Shown: piece after piece, positions 50,564-64,000 of the stretch
Layout of the letters: the number at the start of each line of letters is the position of its first letter
Position numbering within the stretch: the stretch's first letter is position 1
Assembly: GCA_965202585.1 (NCBI GenBank)
Contig: OZ241834.1
Coordinates: 39,866,001-39,930,000 of the forward strand
From: Thalia democratica
Taxonomy: Eukaryota
Reading direction: 5' to 3'
Length of the DNA stretch: 64,000 bases
The notes under the pieces: generated by a model
Seen by the model: the letters and a program-made list of their open reading frames with translations, nothing else
Database searches by the model: none
What the model was told of the DNA's origin: nothing
Position numbers and translations under genes: made by a program

Positions 50564-53500
50564 TACCAAGAACACTTTTTAAAATTTTAAAGTTTTAAAG
50601 CAGGTCTTTTTAGCATCAGGTCTGACTTTTTAAAGTTGCAAATTACTATAGTTGGAATTTAATCTTTGTAGAACAAAACAAAAAACTTTACTTTGTTTTA
50701 AATTCTAACCATACCTTTAAAAAAATACAGTTAGTCTCGTTTACATATGCAAATGGTAAAAGTATTACCTATTACCCAGTTCTTAGAAAAGAAAAATAAC
50801 CGATAATTTTTTTTAGAATATTATTATCCAAAAAACCAATTATAAACTTTAATATATCATTCAATTCGATAGTTAAAATACCGATATTGACAGTATCGAT
50901 TAAATATTATCTTCTTGAAACTTCAAGAATTTTTATCCTCAAAAAATTTTGATAATTTATTTTACTATATCTTATATAACTCCACATTAATTTAATAATG
51001 TTTATTACTTTAAATGAAATTATAAGTGGTAGTAGAAGTAATTTTTATAGACTTAAAGACTTAATTTTAAGCAATACATTTTAATTAAAACTTTTTGTGG
51101 CGTAAAATCTTATAAACTGCAATATAAGTAGTGATACAATATAAAATGTTATTTTTTATTCATTTACTCACAAGTATTTTAAAAATAACTTTTTATATGT
51201 ATTTGTTTCTTTAAAATTCTAGAAATAACAAAAGTATTCTTTTAGAACTAAGTTTTCTCCTTTAAATCTTATCAGAGAGTCTTTTTATTTTTGAAGTAAA
51301 AAATTTCTTTAAAGTTATAAAAAAAATATCTTTACAAAGTATAGTAACACTAAATATAATAATATTTAAAGCTAACTTTACTTTTATCAAAAAAATAGTT
51401 TAAAGTTATATCAAAATTAATTTAAATCAAAGTTGCTACTTTAATAGCAGTTAAAATTATTTAATTCGTTCAAAAGGTTTTATAACCTAGTCTTAACTTA
51501 TCAAAACTAACGGATAATTTTAAAAAACTATTAAAAAAGTCATTTACAACTGGTAAATCTAAAATATATCAGTTTGTGGCTACTAATATCTAATGTATTA
51601 AAAAAATCGAAACAAAATGTTTTTGCTTTATTCAACAGAAGAATAAGGGACGTGAAATATCTTAAAGATTTGTTTTACATACATATCTATTTAATAAATA
51701 CTTGTATAAACAATAAAAAAGCTTTAAAAACTTGGTATTTTACATCCAAAAGACAAACACATTAGTAAAACTAACTCTACTACTTCTAATGCTTAAATAA
51801 TATAAAGACATACAATGAGCACACAATTTATATATAAGTTATCACATAAGAGTTTTAATTTTATTATTAATAATTTATAACGAAGTAAAAAAAAATTTAA
51901 AGTTTACTTTTAAACTTAGAGCAATATCAAGCATGTACTAAAACACGTTAATATTTAAAATACTCTACGGTAAATACTTATTTGTAGTTAAAACAATAAA
52001 ACAAGTATTAAAACTTTCTTTTGTTATTTTTGTTTTGTTTTACTACTGAAAACTATAGCACATTTTTAAACAAAAGCTTTTACAGTCATAAAATGTTGTG
52101 CTTATTTGTAAATGAAAAACATCTAAAACCAACAAAGCTTTTGTTTAAATAGCTATGATATAAATATGCTATAATAAATAAAAAATAAATCTTTTTATAT
52201 TTCTTTTGTAAAAGAAATATAAAACTATTAGGTTACCTGTTTTTAGTATTTTATTTTATATAATATAAGAAAAAGAATTTTTACGAACAAAAACTCGACT
52301 TTGTTATCTAGAAAACTAAAAAAGTTTTCAAAGTTTTGTAAAGATTTCCTCGTTATCATAAACGTTACCTTTAAATATAAAATTTATTAAAAAACTATAA
52401 TAGTAGTTGATTTTAAAGTTCATATTGGTTACAGATATTAATAAGAAACTTAATATCAAACACTTAACAAAAGTTTATTTGTTTTATGCTTTTGGGACAT
52501 TTAAAAAAACATAGATAAATGTCTTCTGTTTTTTAAGCATCACAAGCTAGTATCATGATCTTAAAAATTTAAAGTTCTTCTAATAAAAATCAAACAGATA
52601 ATTTAATCATCGTACAATAGATCCAATGTCAATTTGTATTTTCAACAAATATATTCTTAATATCTACTTAAGTTCTTGCTGCAGTCAAAGTTTTACATCT
52701 TTATCAATTTTAAACAAGTTAAACAAAATATAAGGTCAGAAACTTTCAAACTTTGTGGTACTGCGCACCTAACTTATACAAATACATTTACATTGTATTA
52801 AATGCTTATAAACAAATTTATGTTTTCAGTTGGAATTAAGTTTGTAGATATAAAAAAATAAATGAATACCTAAAAGTTTTAACTATTTCATTTAACTTTT
52901 GATTAAAAAATAGAAGTGTTTAATATTACAATGGGTGTAAACAAAGTATATTTTAAAAAATACTTAAAATAGTCTATAGAATTATTACTTTTACATTTTA
53001 GTATTTATTTTAACAAGACTTTTATCAGGTTTCATTTAAAACAAGCATAATTAAAATCCCTAAAGTAAAGACCAGTAAAAGTTAATGAGATTAACTAGTT
53101 ACTTAAAGTTTCAATTGCTAAAAACACTTCAGAAGGGTTTTTATTACGTCATAATACTTTTGTGCGTTTTTAAAGTACTTCTTTTGTGAAATGAACAAGT
53201 TTTGGTTCCTATAATTATATTACCAATTAACAAGTCGTTTCTCATAAAACTTATAAAAAAATTAAACTATTTTTAAGTTCTAAGATTTTTGAAAGTTTCT
53301 GCAACGATAAAATTAGTTTTAAACTTTCAATTTAACTTTTATTGGAATAATATATAAACATATAGCGAACTGTAATTATAAAAGTTTACATAACCCAGTT
53401 TATAAAAGTTATAAAATTCAAATGAAACACAAACTTTTCATTTAGACTTTATTAAGCTCGTTTAGATTTAATATTGTATTATTCTATACATATATCTACC

Positions 53501-54386
53501 ATACTTACTCACAAAGATTTTATATATAATATTAAAAAAATATTTATTTACTAAAACAGTTTTAATTAAGTTAACCCAAAAATTTTTTAAGTATAAAACA
53601 TAATGCAGTTTTCAAATGAGAAATTAACTTTTGAGTGTTCAATTAGCAAGCATGTATTTCATAAAAAATTTAATTTTTAAGGTTCGAAAACATACTTACA
53701 CATAAATGAAAATATGTTTTTATTAACAACAAACAGTTAAGGTATTAAAGGTATCTAGGCAGTAGTTCTAATGTAAATACGACTATTATATGGAATAATA
53801 CAAAAGCAAACATGCGTTTGGACAATCAAACAAAAACTTTTCCTTTTGTTTGGACAACTTTTGAGTGTTTTACAGCGAGTTTTTAACAAATTTCAATACA
53901 AATTTTGTTGCTGTTTTATTCTGTTTAAGATATGAGGTTTTATTCATTTTTAAAAATTTTCCTATTTAGAAAATTTCTTAAACTTTTAATTTTTTTTTAA
54001 TCATAGTTAAAAGGAATGTTTGAATATTTTATTTTTGAATCTAAAACAGTATTTAGTTGTATATTTTTGGTTGAAAAGTATATAAAAACTTAATTTGAAG
54101 TTATCATAAACACTTATGTTTAAAACATTTTAAATTGAATTAACTTAGTTTTGTTTTGTTAGTTAGCATTCGATTGTTTTATTCGAAACATAAAAATGAA
54201 ACAAAAAAGCAATTAAATATACATAAATACTAAAAAAAGTTGCAAATATTATTTTGTTAAATTATGTTTTTAAACAAAAATTTGTAATAGTTGTAAGTAA
54301 AAACCTTATGGTAGATAACCGATTTTTGTATACAGTTATTAGTTTTTAGTAACTAACTTAAAAACAGCTCATATTTTTTTTATAAA

Positions 54387-57300
54387 ATGATAATTCCAGA
54401 ATCTTTAAACGAATTTGAAGATGAAAATATAAGAAACAAAGAAGAAAAGGTTAGTTTAATTTTAAATTTAACAGTATGAAATATTACTTTTTGATTTTGT
54501 TAATAATCTTTAGATTTATTTAAGCACTGACGAGGTCTTTGACCGAAACTTAGTTTGTAAAATAAACTGTTTAAAGAATAAATATATAAAATATTAACTT
54601 ATTTTTACCCTCATGTGCTTTCTTTTCGTATGAATTTTTTTTTAAATCTTGCACTAAAAATCAACTAGTTTGTAATTTCAAATACATAACAGTTTGCGAT
54701 GCGTTAAACTGTATTTTGTAAACAAAAACTCTTTTTTACATCGGTCGCGAAACGGAGCTAAGAAACAACTTCAGAAAAGAATTTAAGTTTTAAATCCCGA
54801 GCGAGTATATGTATTGATTTATCGCGAAATAGCGGAGAATCGTCGAAGTTTTAGAATAAGCACTAATGAGAGATGTTTTAATCGAATTTTGTCAATAAAC
54901 ATATGTGAAACTGTAAACTCTGGGGTTTTGAGTTGAAATTAATCATTCATATAACAACGATAGTTTTTTAGCCCATAATGCACTTTTTAAACTTAACTTT
55001 CAAAAATAACTTGCAGTAATAAACTAAAAAGTATGCTTAAAGTTTTTGAAGAGACAATGAAATTATATTATAAGATTGATTCTCAGAAAACTTAGTTTGC
55101 TGAAATTTTTGATTAAAAAATAAAAAAAAATGTTGAGCACTTGAATCTACTTGAATATAATTGTGTTGTGTTTTTTTATGTGGTATGTAAACCTTTGAAA
55201 AATATTTCTACAAGCTAAACATAAATTTTGTATAACTCTATATATAATAAAGTTAGACTTACTTTTTATTCTTTGGAAATAATGTAAAAAATTATTCTAA
55301 ACATTTTTTAAAGCAATGTCTTATGTATACCAGTATTTTAATGATCTGCAAAATTTATGAAGGTTGAAATTAGACAAATACTAAAAAATAACTTTTTTTC
55401 ATAGAATATATTAACCGACGAGCTTGCACATTTAGAAAATAAATTATCAACTTTAGAACAAAAAGACCTTCTTCAAGTAAGTAAAACATTATAATGTAAC
55501 TTATAAAAATAACTAATTGGTTGTTCAATTTAAGCTGTACTAGAAACATTTGGAGTCAAAATTCTAAAATTTCATTTAAATTACCGTATTGTTATAGTTA
55601 AACATAAGCTAACGAGATTAAAATCAATAAACTTTATATAACTTTAAAAAAGTCTAAACTAGTTACGAAAAAACAAAATAAAATTTTAAAAGTGTTTAAA
55701 TTGTTATGTTTTGTAGCTCACATAATAAATACCTACGGACGTTAATTGAAAAAATACATCTTTATCAAGTTAAAGTAAAAACAAAACAAAAATTAAGTTT
55801 GATCAAATTTTACAGAAAATATTGTTCAAACTATTACTAATATTTTTAATAGGAATTACTAAGCACTGGAAACAGATTGGACGATTTGTATCGTGCTTGC
55901 AAGTCGTCAACGTACAAGTTAAAAGACGATTATGACGTCATAACTAAAAAGGCGAAGGTTGTCGGAGTTCTCCACGAATTATATTACAATTCACTTGTTG
56001 GTAAGAAAAATTATGAGGAGGATAGAGACAATTTCTTTAAAGTTTGTTTGTTTTAATTATTTGCGGAAAAGTAGCATTAGTTTATTGTTCGTTTGTTGAG
56101 AGCTCACAAATTCGATATTTTTATAAATATCTTCACACAAGGTACTTAATTATCTATGCATATTTAAACTTGAGATATTTTTTAGATTTACAGTAACCTC
56201 TCGGATCTTTACGCACTCGTGACGTTACGCACTCTCGTTTAGTTACGCATTTCAGAATTCTATAAAATTCAGAAAATAAAATTTTAATTTTTTTATAATA
56301 ATGTACAAATTAGGTTAAATGTATATTTTTAAACTAAAATATGTTTATGAATGCTAACACACCTCTCTATATCTTTAGACTTTGTAAATTTATGTTCCTT
56401 GACTAATTGATAAACATTTAGTTATACCTCAGTATATCAGAAGTTTTGTTAACAATAAGAGATTAAATCAAAATTCTGAAATAAACATGACTGTGTTAAA
56501 TAATAAAAGTATAATGAATTAATGAGAGTTTAAAACACAAAGAAATAATACAGCAGTCTTGCCCTATATATTAATAAACACCATTTTATAATTGTAAAGA
56601 AATACTTAATTATAAATTGAATTTGCTAAGTAGAATAGAATATAAATGTCACATATAAATAAAAATAATTTCTTCTTATTATTAAAATAGTAAAATTATT
56701 TCTACTCGTTTTATTATTTTATATAAATTCAAATCAAATCCTTTTTTTTAGTATATGTATAGTTTTATCTGTTGTTTTCATATTTATAAGAAAATAGATA
56801 GATAGTTAAAAGTGCCCAGTCTGCTTTTAACTAGAAGCAATATTAAAAAACAGCCATTATAGTGAGTATATTTGGTACCTCTCGTTTCTTTACGATCTCT
56901 CATATCTTTACGCACTTTTTCTGTGGACACAATGTGCGTAAATAAGCGAGAGGTTACTGTACAGTAACTTTATCATTTATGTGGTTGAAGTATTTTTCCA
57001 AAATGTTTATTTACTTTTATAGTATGTTGTAAAAAAAGAAAGCTTTAATAAAACCAAATTCAGTAACAGTTTACGCATGAAAATATTTTATGATTATAAA
57101 CCTTTTAGTGCTTAGTAAGTTTTTAAACTTATGAATAGATGTTTTAACAGTTTTGATAAATTTTACTACAATAGTAAAAGAAACGAATTTTTCAAAAAAT
57201 AGTTGTAAACTTTACCGATTATTAGCACACAAAAATGTTATTTTTGTTGTAAACTATTTTAAACATTATTCTAACTTTTATATATATTCACAGCAAGAGA

Positions 57301-60300
57301 AGGAATTAGAACAAATGAGAAAAGATTTTGTTGAAAATTCTCAATCCTATGCCTTCGATAATTCACAATATGTAGAATATAATCAAAGATTTAGTAAGGA
57401 ACGAGAAAAAAATATAAAACATTTAATGGAAGATGTTGAATTATTAAAAATAAAAAATAAGAAACTGAAAGAGCAAGCTAATAAAGATAAACATGAAGTT
57501 TGTTTTTGTACTTATTTTAATAAATTTGTATTTTTCTACATATTTATATTAATTAAATTTTTAATTTAGTTCTAGTTCAAATATTTATTTTACTTTTTTG
57601 GACATTTTCATAGTAAACTCTGTTTAAACTTAATTTATAAAAAAATCCATTAAAATTTAACTTGTTAACAAATTATTTAAATAAACTTAAAATAGTATTA
57701 TATTTTAAGGTCATTATTTAAAAAAATAACTTATTTGTGTATATAAGTGCTTATACATTAATAATTAATTAACAAAGTTAAATTTTAAAACTTAATATTT
57801 TCATATACTTCAAATTATATTTCAAATATTAAAAGGATTAGATTAAATACCAACATACAAAGTAATTTAATAATATTCCTGACAAACTTTTGGCTTATTT
57901 ATATACAATGTAGTTTTTTGTTTAAGCTTTTTATCAATTCGTTATATGATATTATGGTGTTTTCATACTTGGTTGAAAAAGTATTGGAATTATATCAAAT
58001 ACTTTTGTTTTAATATAAAGGTTTTTAAGTATCAAAAAACTTAAAAGTAAAATTGTCTTAAATTTAGGGATGTAAAAATAATAAAGTTAACCGAAGATTG
58101 ACTAGATTTTTATTTAATAAATCGATCCAAAATTTGTTGAATGAAAATGTCATAAATGAAAATGTTGATTATTAGCGGAGAGTAGCAAGCAGACAAAGAC
58201 GATTTTTGACATTTAATAATAATACAGTAGTTTTATTTGTAAAGATTAAAACTTCAAAAAGAAAAGAGTATATCTAGGTATGAAATAGATACGAACAAAT
58301 ATATTAAAAACACAAGGAGCCTTTAATCTATAAAAAATTTACTTATTAAATTTAAGATATTATATATAACTGAAATTAGGAAAAGCCAAACTTTTTGAAT
58401 ACTTATACCAAAGTTTACTAAGTTCAGAGCTAAAAACTAATAAAAAAACATCTTAATAATGGGAACTTATTTCACGGGTTTTAAATAGCAAACTAGTATA
58501 TATTTCATAAGTAAGATTTTTTGTCAAACTTTTATATTCAAAATACAAGTTTTTTGGTTTATACGAAGTTGTATAGATCCAATTTTTCATAAAATTTATA
58601 ATTACTTATTTAAGCTTCTAAGATTTTTAATTTAATAAGCTCTAGTTTATTTATGACAAATTTGAAATAAAATTTTAACATATTTAAGCTAGTTTCGTAT
58701 CAAACTCAATACTATGAGCAAAAACGAAAAATAGAAAATTTAGAAGAAATAAACAAAAATTTGAATCAAAAAATAGAAAACTTGGAAAAAGTCTTCGAAG
58801 AGGAAAAAATTGAAAAAGAAAAACTCATTTGTGATATAAACATTTTAAATGGTAAAATTTATATAAACTAATTATTTCTTATCTAGAAGTGTTTTGTGAT
58901 TAATTACAAACGTATATCACCATATGGCATATTTGAATTATATCAATTTCAGGCGAAAATAAAGAATTGCAAAATAAATTTCACAAATCTTCAGAGAATA
59001 TTAAGGTGGCTCAAAATAAAATTAAAGAAATTTTAATGCAAATTGAAAAGATAACTAAAGAAAAAGAAAATTTAAAAGAAAGGTTTGCATTTGTTAATTA
59101 ACTAAATTTAAAAATTTTTACAACCATATAATACGCGTTAATTTTTTTGTGCTTTTATGTATACTTTTACAGATAAAGATTAACCTTTTGTTTAGGAATT
59201 AGTTAACTAAAAATAACTTGGTATTCACCATTCAAATTAAAGAAAGCCTAAAAAAACTTTTTAGAGCTCAAACATTATGTCTTTTTTTTAATTTATAAAG
59301 TTATTAAACAAAGTATTTTACGAAATTAAATACATAACTTTCATAACTAAGAAAAATCAATTTAGCTTAAATAGAGCAATTTTCTTTTGTGGAACTTTCT
59401 GCCAAATATTTGTTTAACTTTCCACATGAATAAGCAACTACCAACAAAAAAAAGTTGTGTTAAATTTTATGTTTATTGTGATAACATAGTTAATGTAAAC
59501 TCACTGAAAAAAAAAAAATACGTTTACAATATGTTGTAATGGTTAAAAAGTTTATATAATTTGTACAGTATTATACCTTTTAATTTTATTAAAGGTTTAA
59601 AAAAATATCAGTATTATTGACTTTACAAGTCTTTATTTCTATACCTTATAAAACATTTGAAATTTCTTTTATAGTTTGTACATACATATTATACCATAAT
59701 TATTTAATTTTATTTACTTTGAGTTCATCAAAGCTCTAATGAAAACTAATAGAGAAATTTACAGGTTTATGAAAAAAGCTATGAACGGTATATAGGTTTT
59801 TATAAGTAATTCTGATAACCTCATCTTATCATTGAAACAATTTTATTTAAAGGTGGTCTTATATTTTATATATGTTATGTATATATCCACAAACAAAACA
59901 TAAATTGATTTATTTGAAACCCAAAGTAGATTATCTTCACTCTGCGAATATTTTAAGCTCGAATTTAGGGAAAAGTTTGCTTTATAAAAACACAAAATAT
60001 TTTGTATATTCTGCGAGCGTTTAAAAGACAAACTAAATATTCGAACTAATAAATTATTCAGTGATGCGGCGGTCTGGTTTCCATAGCAACGTTTTGTTTA
60101 TGCCGATTAAAAAGATGTTTTGTTTATTTTAGCTTCAAGACACGTATCAAACAAATGACGATAGTAATAAACATTAAACATTTTGTATACGTGGTTTTGT
60201 GGTAAGCGGACATGAATTAATAAAAGCAAATAAGATTTTTCAAAGATATAAATAAAATAAAGTTTTACTTTTTAAAAACAATGTTTTCATGTATACAACT

Positions 60301-63223
60301 CATTTTTATTGACTTTTATTATGTTTTCAAATAAACAAGTGATATAAGTACTCCTGTGTTTTTAATGAGAGCACTTAAAGTTTAATTACGCAGTAATTAC
60401 TATATTACTGCAATAAATTGTAACGACCAAAAAAACACATTTGTACTTAAATTCAATTGCTATTAAGTCTTAAAAATTCTTTTAAAGACTTTCAAAACAT
60501 AAAAACAAAATACAAATTAAACTGTTTACTGCTAAAAATACTTAATATTACCTAATAAATACTTTTAATGGTTTGCTTACGAACTAACCTGTAAAATTTG
60601 TGTAAAATTTTGATAATTTAAGAAACAACAAGCAAGCATTTTATTTTGACAAACATAAAAACAAGTTCAGCAAATTTAAAAATAAAAACTCAACTTTACA
60701 GCTTCTAGCTTTAAACTAACAAAGTCAGCATTTATTATTATTAAAAAAAATTGTTAACAATATATTTTGTAAAGCCATTTTATTGTTATTTCAATCTACG
60801 GATATTACTCTTTTGTTAAGTTTTGAAGTCATTTGCCTTGTTAAAACTATTGAATATATCTAAATAAAATTTCAGTGTTTATCAAGATTTATAAAACAAA
60901 CTTTGAATTTCAAAGAATGCTTATATAAAACAATTTTTTGTCCTATAAGACTCTTTAGTTAAAATAAATCTCAGGAAATTAAAAGAAACATATACGAAGA
61001 CAATTATTATCTCTTTTAAGAACTCTATTATAACAAGCCAAAAGTATGAAGCGAATTTAAAATGCTTATTTAACTTTTTCAACAAACTTCACAGATGCGA
61101 CCGTTTTGAACTTTATACCGTGGAATTAGAAAAAGAGATTGAGAAATCTAGACAACAACAACTTATAAAAGCTGAAGAAAATAAAAAAGCAACTGAAGAA
61201 CTTATACAAGAAATAAAGTTGACAAAAGAAAAAATGAACAAGTTGCAGAAAGTAAATTATTCTACAATGTTAAGAAATCAACAACTACATGAAAAGTATG
61301 TTTTCGTTTTAGTGTTAATTTAATATTATTTATATTTTGCGCTTTTCTAGCGTTTTTAGTCACTTTTGTCGATTTACTAGTAAAAATCTAAACCATAATA
61401 AAAAAAGTTAGATTTGTACAAACTGTTATACTACAATTTATCAATTTTTTTTCAAAATAGTTGTTTTTTGATTCGACCAATTGTGTTTATGTAAAATAAT
61501 CTAACATTACAAATGTAGAAAACGTTATAAACAAGTTATGGATATAAAATATATTTTATCGTATTTTTTGATGTACACAAATAAAAGCGAGTTTATGCAT
61601 GTTAGCAAAAAATTCAATTCAGTGTTTTCATTATTTTTAATATAATAAGAAAAATTATAAAGAAAAACACATCAATTTTAAGAGTTTTAAACAAAAAGTT
61701 TATGCCTTGAAGTATTTCACTTCAACATTTTATGTTCATATTCGACAAATAAAATTCAAATTAAAGTTCGACAATCGTTCTACAAAGTAATAAAAAAACA
61801 ATTATTATCAAATTGAATTTGTTTCACTTGATCTCAAGCGTGAATAATTTTGTATTTTACCAACAAACCTAAAAGACCTACTTAATATTTGTCTATACTT
61901 GAATAAACTCAAATTTAAAACATTTATTTCTTGTAATTTGTTGTAAAACATGTGATTACAAATTTATTTTATGTTGTATTCATCTGCTATTCTAAACTAT
62001 AAATAAAAGTTTAAATTTTGAACTTATTAATACGTTTTACATCGAATTTAAAACCTTACAGTGTATTTTATAACTTTGTCTAAAGTTTCCATCAAACCTG
62101 TATTATTTAAATCTTTTAAAATATGTTATTTTAGTAGTCTGAATTAAAAATATTTTAATTCAAGTTTTTTTAGAATGACTTTTTGTGTCAATCAAGTTAT
62201 ATGTCCAGACAAACAAAATTAAGTAAAAGTAATATATTAACGTAATCTAATTGTTTTTTATAGAGATTTAATTAAATTAGAACAAAAAATAATCAAGTGT
62301 TTTAAGTTTTAGCGGGCTATTTCAAAACCGTTATAAATGATTAAAAAAAAGTTTTAAATATGGTGAAAATAATATAAAGAAATTTTTTAAACACGTTTTT
62401 TAAGCACAAAACAAATGAGCTAGTTATTTTTGTTTATAAATGTAAACTTTTACTTATAAAAAAGAAAAAGTTTAAAACTAAAGTAAGAAACTAATTCAGT
62501 TGCGTTTTCAGTTTGATGCTCATGCAAAATTTAAAAATATACAAAAGTTTTGAAACGTATCAAAGATAAATTAAATAAATTTATTGATTTTATCAAAAAA
62601 TTTAAGGCTCAAAAAAGCGAATTTCGAATTAGAAGGAATGAAAAACTTTAAAGCAAACTGTTTGGTCGGAACTGAAAAAATTAAAAAAAGAAATGTCCAT
62701 CTGAAACAAGAAAAACTACATCTCATACATGAGGTATTATTACGTCACAAAGCAAAACTATTGAATTTACCCGCCAAAAGTTGATACTACGAATATTTGC
62801 TAATAATCTTGACTTTCAATGACTCATCCCAACTAAATTAATTATCTTTTGCCATTTTGATTAAATTATTTTGTCACTTTAATTAAATTAGTTATATCTC
62901 AAGGGATCTATTGCGGTCGATCAAAGATGTTAAGCTGACATTTTTATAACAATATTTCCGACGCTCTTAAGTTTTAACTAGCTCATAATTTTTAAATTTT
63001 CTTTAAGTAAGTTATTCGATATATTGTCTTACTTAAACTAAAGTTAAAGAAATTAACAAGTATAAATAAAATTAAAAATCAGTACAAAAATTTATAAAGC
63101 TTTATTTAAAAATTTTAGGTAGTCGAAATGAAACATGACTTTTTGGAAGACAGAAAAAGAATTCTAAGTGCAGGAAAAATAAACACAAGACTAAGAAAGG
63201 AAAATGACGATTTAAAAGAAAAG
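54387..63223 (+). CDS. Long coiled-coil protein of unknown family; at least 9 exons, 3' end unresolved
   Basis: Exons 54387-54449, 55405-55476, 55853-56041 (alternative donor at 55957), 57294-57497, 58689-58851, 58953-59082, 61095-61295, 62607-62733 and 63119-63223. All phases are compatible and the product is E/K/Q/L-rich heptad-like. The first exon is the least certain. Confidence 0.75.
54515..54566 (+). ncRNA. Solitary minimal type I hammerhead ribozyme in intron 1 of the coiled-coil gene
   Basis: CUGACGA at 54527-54533; stem II GGUC-UUU-GACC; GAAAC-UUA-GUU with cleavage after 54555; stem I of 3 bp, an internal loop, then a perfect 7 bp (tttattt/aaataaa). Confidence 0.75.
56191..56959. 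mobile_element. Tc1/mariner (pogo/Tigger-like) MITE, 769 bp
   Basis: TIRs CAGTAACCTCTCG and CGAGAGGTTACTG with TA on both flanks; internal tttacgca repeats. Confidence 0.8.
60077..60090. promoter_or_regulatory. RFX X-box motif GTTTCCATAGCAAC
   Basis: Matches the X-box consensus GTNNCC-AT-RGNAAC and lies in a small CpG-containing patch (gtgatgcggcggtct) in an intron. Function is inferred only. Confidence 0.45.
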
Positions 63224-64000
63224 GTAAATTTATTTTGTTGTAATTTTACATACACTTTTTTTTTGTTGTTGTAAGTTTTAAATCATTGTACAGCCTTCAA
63301 AAATAGATCATTTAAATTTGAAAAAGTTGTAATACAAATAGACAATGTAATATTTTATTATGAATTTTGTGCTGTTAAAACATTAGTGCAAGAAACAAAA
63401 AAAAACAACAAAGAATAGTGCAAAGTTCAGCATATGTTTCATACAAACACCTGTGACTAAATCAAAATCTGTATATAAAAAAGTTTTTTGTATTAAAAGT
63501 AAAAAAAAAATTAAACAAAAATGTTTACTGAACTTAGACGCACAATACAAAGAATACACAATGACGTGTTTATTAAAATAAACAAAAGTTATATCCATAA
63601 ATGGAAAAGAGAAAAAAAGTTGCGGGGTTCCAATTACCTCAAAACATCACGCAAAATTCTCAGGTGAAATTATTGAGAAATGGGCTCCAAAAAACTTTCT
63701 AAAAATAGAAAGTCTGAAGCACTGTTGTTTCTCCCCATTAAAAATCTTGCAACAATAGAAAGTGAATTGATGCTTGAGACAAATTCGTTTGGTCTCGACA
63801 ATTTGTTTTTTTCAATTCTTTTTGTTTGGAAAGCAAACAAGAAAACAAAACAAATTTTGTATTTTCTGCGTTAGACGTGATTAATTGTTAGACTTTTCAA
63901 TGATAAATTGTTGAATGTTCTTCTTACTTGAATATATTACTAAATGACTAATTAAATACTTTATTTGAAATTTTGTTTAAATGAGAATATTTCTTTTTAA

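Noticed and set aside
58068-58200. Possible extra exon of the coiled-coil gene (also candidates near 59720, 60132, 62265 and 63590)
   Set aside because: Phase or stop conflicts with flanking exons; the model is continuous without them.

Overview
Very AT-rich animal (invertebrate-type) genomic DNA with spliced genes; species not identifiable from sequence alone. Gene models were built by hand from GT-AG junctions and phase continuity. (1) A minus-strand gene, ATG 9251, runs off the left edge. It encodes at least 1,995 aa: an MSP/VAP-like N-terminal domain followed by a single stop-free exon of over 5.3 kb of Q/N/S/R/G/D/Y repeats. The ORF track misses this frame because it has no stop in the window. 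(2) A class II Rab11-FIP (FIP3/FIP4/nuf) gene at 15256-29401. (3) A small three-exon minus-strand gene at about 48257-50563. (4) A plus-strand coiled-coil gene from 54387 to at least 63223. Between and inside these lie MITEs, a tRNA-derived SINE, Penelope-like (GIY-YIG) remnants and four different hammerhead ribozyme loci. The most notable items are a retrozyme-like element with two type I hammerheads 327 nt apart (38057-38544), a 1.38-kb near-perfect Penelope palindrome (45239-46616), a sense-strand intronic hammerhead (54515-54566), the hidden giant MSP-repeat protein, and a candidate stop-codon readthrough tail on the Rab11-FIP.
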